Made by a program: the position numbers and the translations under genes. The notes beneath the pieces are model-generated. The model was given only the letters and a program-made list of their open reading frames with translations, did not search any database and had not been told where the DNA came from. Positions 33,352 to 34,174 of a DNA stretch of 34,174 bases are shown here, in pieces; the stretch's first letter is position 1; the number at the start of each line of letters is the position of its first letter. The stretch is from a virus, in IMG/VR virus record IMGVR_UViG_3300045988_124209, positions 1 through 34,174 of that record; one strand, written 5' to 3'.

Positions 33352-33386
33352 ATTATATTGTCAAACTCACTAATTACCAAACTCAC
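33352..33386 (-). promoter_or_regulatory. promoter TTGGTA-17-TATAAT overlapped by two direct 9-bp repeats (caaactcac)
   Basis: Minus strand: -35 at 33380-33375 and -10 at 33357-33352. Repeats lie at 33362-33370 and 33378-33386, with a 16-bp period. Confidence 0.5.
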
Positions 33387-33404
33387 AATATAAAATAAAG
33401 AATT

Positions 33405-33513
33405 AGGAGAACATCTCATTTGCTTAAAAAGATGTTTTTTTTAAAACCAAAAAATCAAATAATAAAATTTTAAAATCAAAAAGGGATATTAGTTTTAATT
33501 TTGATGTTCTCCT
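33405..33513 (-). other. 11-bp perfect inverted repeat (aggagaacatc / gatgttctcct) enclosing an A/T-rich 87-nt segment. Candidate small-RNA or leader hairpin.
   Basis: Arms at 33405-33415 and 33503-33513, read directly. It lies downstream of the 33525-33553 promoter. U-rich sequence follows on the minus strand. Confidence 0.4.
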
Positions 33514-33524
33514 TTATTAAATAA

Positions 33525-33553
33525 ATTATAACATATTTACTTAGAAATTGCAA
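33525..33553 (-). promoter_or_regulatory. promoter TTGCAA-17-(TGT)TATAAT
   Basis: Minus strand: TTGCAA (33553-33548), a 17-nt spacer ending in TGT, TATAAT (33530-33525). Confidence 0.55.
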
Positions 33554-33728
33554 CTAATTTATTACATCTAATACAATATACTTCTTTTTTACTGTTAGTC
33601 ATAAATAAACTTTTTTTATGACACTTAGGGCATATTTCTTTTGGCTTTCTATTGTATGTATTGTGTATTTCTTTTAATTTATCTTTTTCTTTTTCTCTTA
33701 ATATTTTTCTTTCAAAATTTTGGCTCAT
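33537..33728 (-). CDS. zinc-ribbon small protein (63 aa)
   Basis: ORF track. CPKCHKK...CIRCNK. Confidence 0.55.
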   Translation of the reverse strand: MSQNFERKILREKEKDKLKEIHNTYNRKPKEICPKCHKKSLFMTNSKKEVYCIRCNKLVAISK

Positions 33729-33730
33729 CT

Positions 33731-34048
33731 TTATTTTTTACCTTCTTTCATTTTATTTATTTCATCTATTAAAATGTCTATTTTTTCTCTTAAGTGTTCT
33801 ATCAATTCATCCACACAGCCAAAATCTTCATAGCCTTTGCAATGTTCTATCTTCTTATTTTCTTCTATTATTTCTACTTCATCATTTAAATTATTTGTAG
33901 TTATATATAAGTCTTTGCCTGGAATATCATATCTTGTATATGTTTTATATTTTCGTACCCAACTATAAACAAAATTTTCATATTTTATTTCTTTAGGGGC
34001 TTTGCCATCTTTAATTAATCCTAATAATTCGTACATTGTTATTTTCAT
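33731..34048 (-). CDS. hypothetical protein (105 aa)
   Basis: ORF track. The ATG overlaps the TGA of the wrapped upstream gene. Confidence 0.6.
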   Translation of the reverse strand: MKITMYELLGLIKDGKAPKEIKYENFVYSWVRKYKTYTRYDIPGKDLYITTNNLNDEVEIIEENKKIEHCKGYEDFGCVDELIEHLREKIDILIDEINKMKEGKK

Positions 34049-34174
34049 TCTTTGCCTCCTATATTTAAAATTCTATCTCTTTGCATACTTCTTAGCATTG
34101 ATGATAATATTACTTCTTTATCTGCTTTTAAATCTTGTTTTTTAGCCGATTTAATACAATATAATTCTTTCATA
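34045..34174 (-). CDS. 3' end of the wrapped PD-(D/E)xK-like gene (same gene as 1..502; 34056-34174 duplicates 1-119)
   Basis: Same frame as 1..502 after removing the duplicated 119 bp. TGA at 34045-34047. Confidence 0.6.
   Translation of the reverse strand, partial: MKELYCIKSAKKQDLKADKEVILSSMLRSMQRDRILNIGGKE
34056..34174. repeat. Terminal direct repeat, copy 2
   Basis: Identical to 1-119. Confidence 0.95.

Noticed and set aside
33410-33442. A plus-strand gene or sRNA ending at the plus-strand terminator-like hairpin plus T6
   Set aside because: I could not find a convincing plus-strand promoter upstream (TTGTCA at 33358 has no -10 at the correct spacing). It is kept only as a note within the early-region finding.
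1399-33900. All plus-strand ORFs in the supplied track (1399..1629, 1807..2061, 7114..7302, 10571..10810, 16874..17092, 18035..18352, 21647..21850, 22108..22290, 24679..24903, 25184..25417, 31421..31609, 31774..31971, 32811..33056, 33652..33900)
   Set aside because: Each lies antisense to a longer minus-strand gene that has good context. Their products are low-complexity F/L/I/S-rich sequences typical of the reverse strand of AT-rich coding DNA. I saw no SD sites for them.
1-34174. Genome-wide reassignment of TAA, as an alternative genetic code, to explain the three in-frame TAAs
   Set aside because: TAA cleanly terminates well-supported late genes such as terL (28144) and the capsid gene (22722). 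TAG and TGA are also used as stops. TAA recoding is not something I know from phages. Local read-through, reinitiation, mutation or sequencing error are more parsimonious.
1-34174. CRISPR arrays, integrase or attachment site, lysogeny repressor, toxin-antitoxin pairs, DGR/retron reverse transcriptase
   Set aside because: I found no repeat-spacer periodicity, no tyrosine- or serine-recombinase-like ORF, no divergent repressor/cro pair (all genes are on one strand), and no RT-like ORF.

Overview
This window is a complete, circularly closed genome of a low-GC tailed phage. Bases 1-119 are identical to 34056-34174, giving a unit length of 34,055 bp. The gene order is siphovirus-like, and every credible gene is on the minus strand.

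Reading the minus strand from high to low coordinates:
- **Early control region and small early genes:** 34048-31504.
- **Packaging:** small terminase, a DUF1064 nuclease, a 688-bp ORF-free structured region, then large terminase (31458-28144).
- **Head:** HNH, portal, SPP1-gp7-like head protein, scaffold, capsid with an Ig-like tail, and connectors (28068-21204).
- **Tail:** major tail protein, tape measure, large tail protein, receptor-binding protein and collar fibre (21188-12482).
- **Lysis:** XhlA-like protein, holin, and an M23 endolysin with ChW-like repeats (12335-11104).
- **Small accessory genes:** 11104-6690.
- **Replication and recombination:** DnaD-like organizer, loader, SSB, ERF and an exonuclease (6553-2674).
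- **More small genes:** these run back to the circle junction.

I found no integrase, repressor, tRNA or CRISPR. SD sites of the GGAGG type and the ChW-type cell-wall-binding repeats suggest a Clostridium-like Firmicute host; that is inference only.

The most notable observations are:
1. **Split tape measure gene.** It is interrupted by two tandem, related group I introns. One carries an HNH homing endonuclease. They are separated by a 22-nt micro-exon that restores the conserved QNYTMLDNLKLGYGGTK motif.
2. **ORF-free region between the terminase genes.** This 688-bp stretch (29993-30680) is G+C-elevated and dense in hairpins and repeats. It could be a large structured ncRNA or a packaging site.
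3. **Three in-frame TAA codons.** Three early or accessory genes each carry an in-frame TAA followed by 38-104 open codons with no start codon.
4. **Promoter-proximal terminator.** An alternative-hairpin/terminator leader lies in front of the replication organizer gene.

All plus-strand ORFs in the supplied track look spurious.
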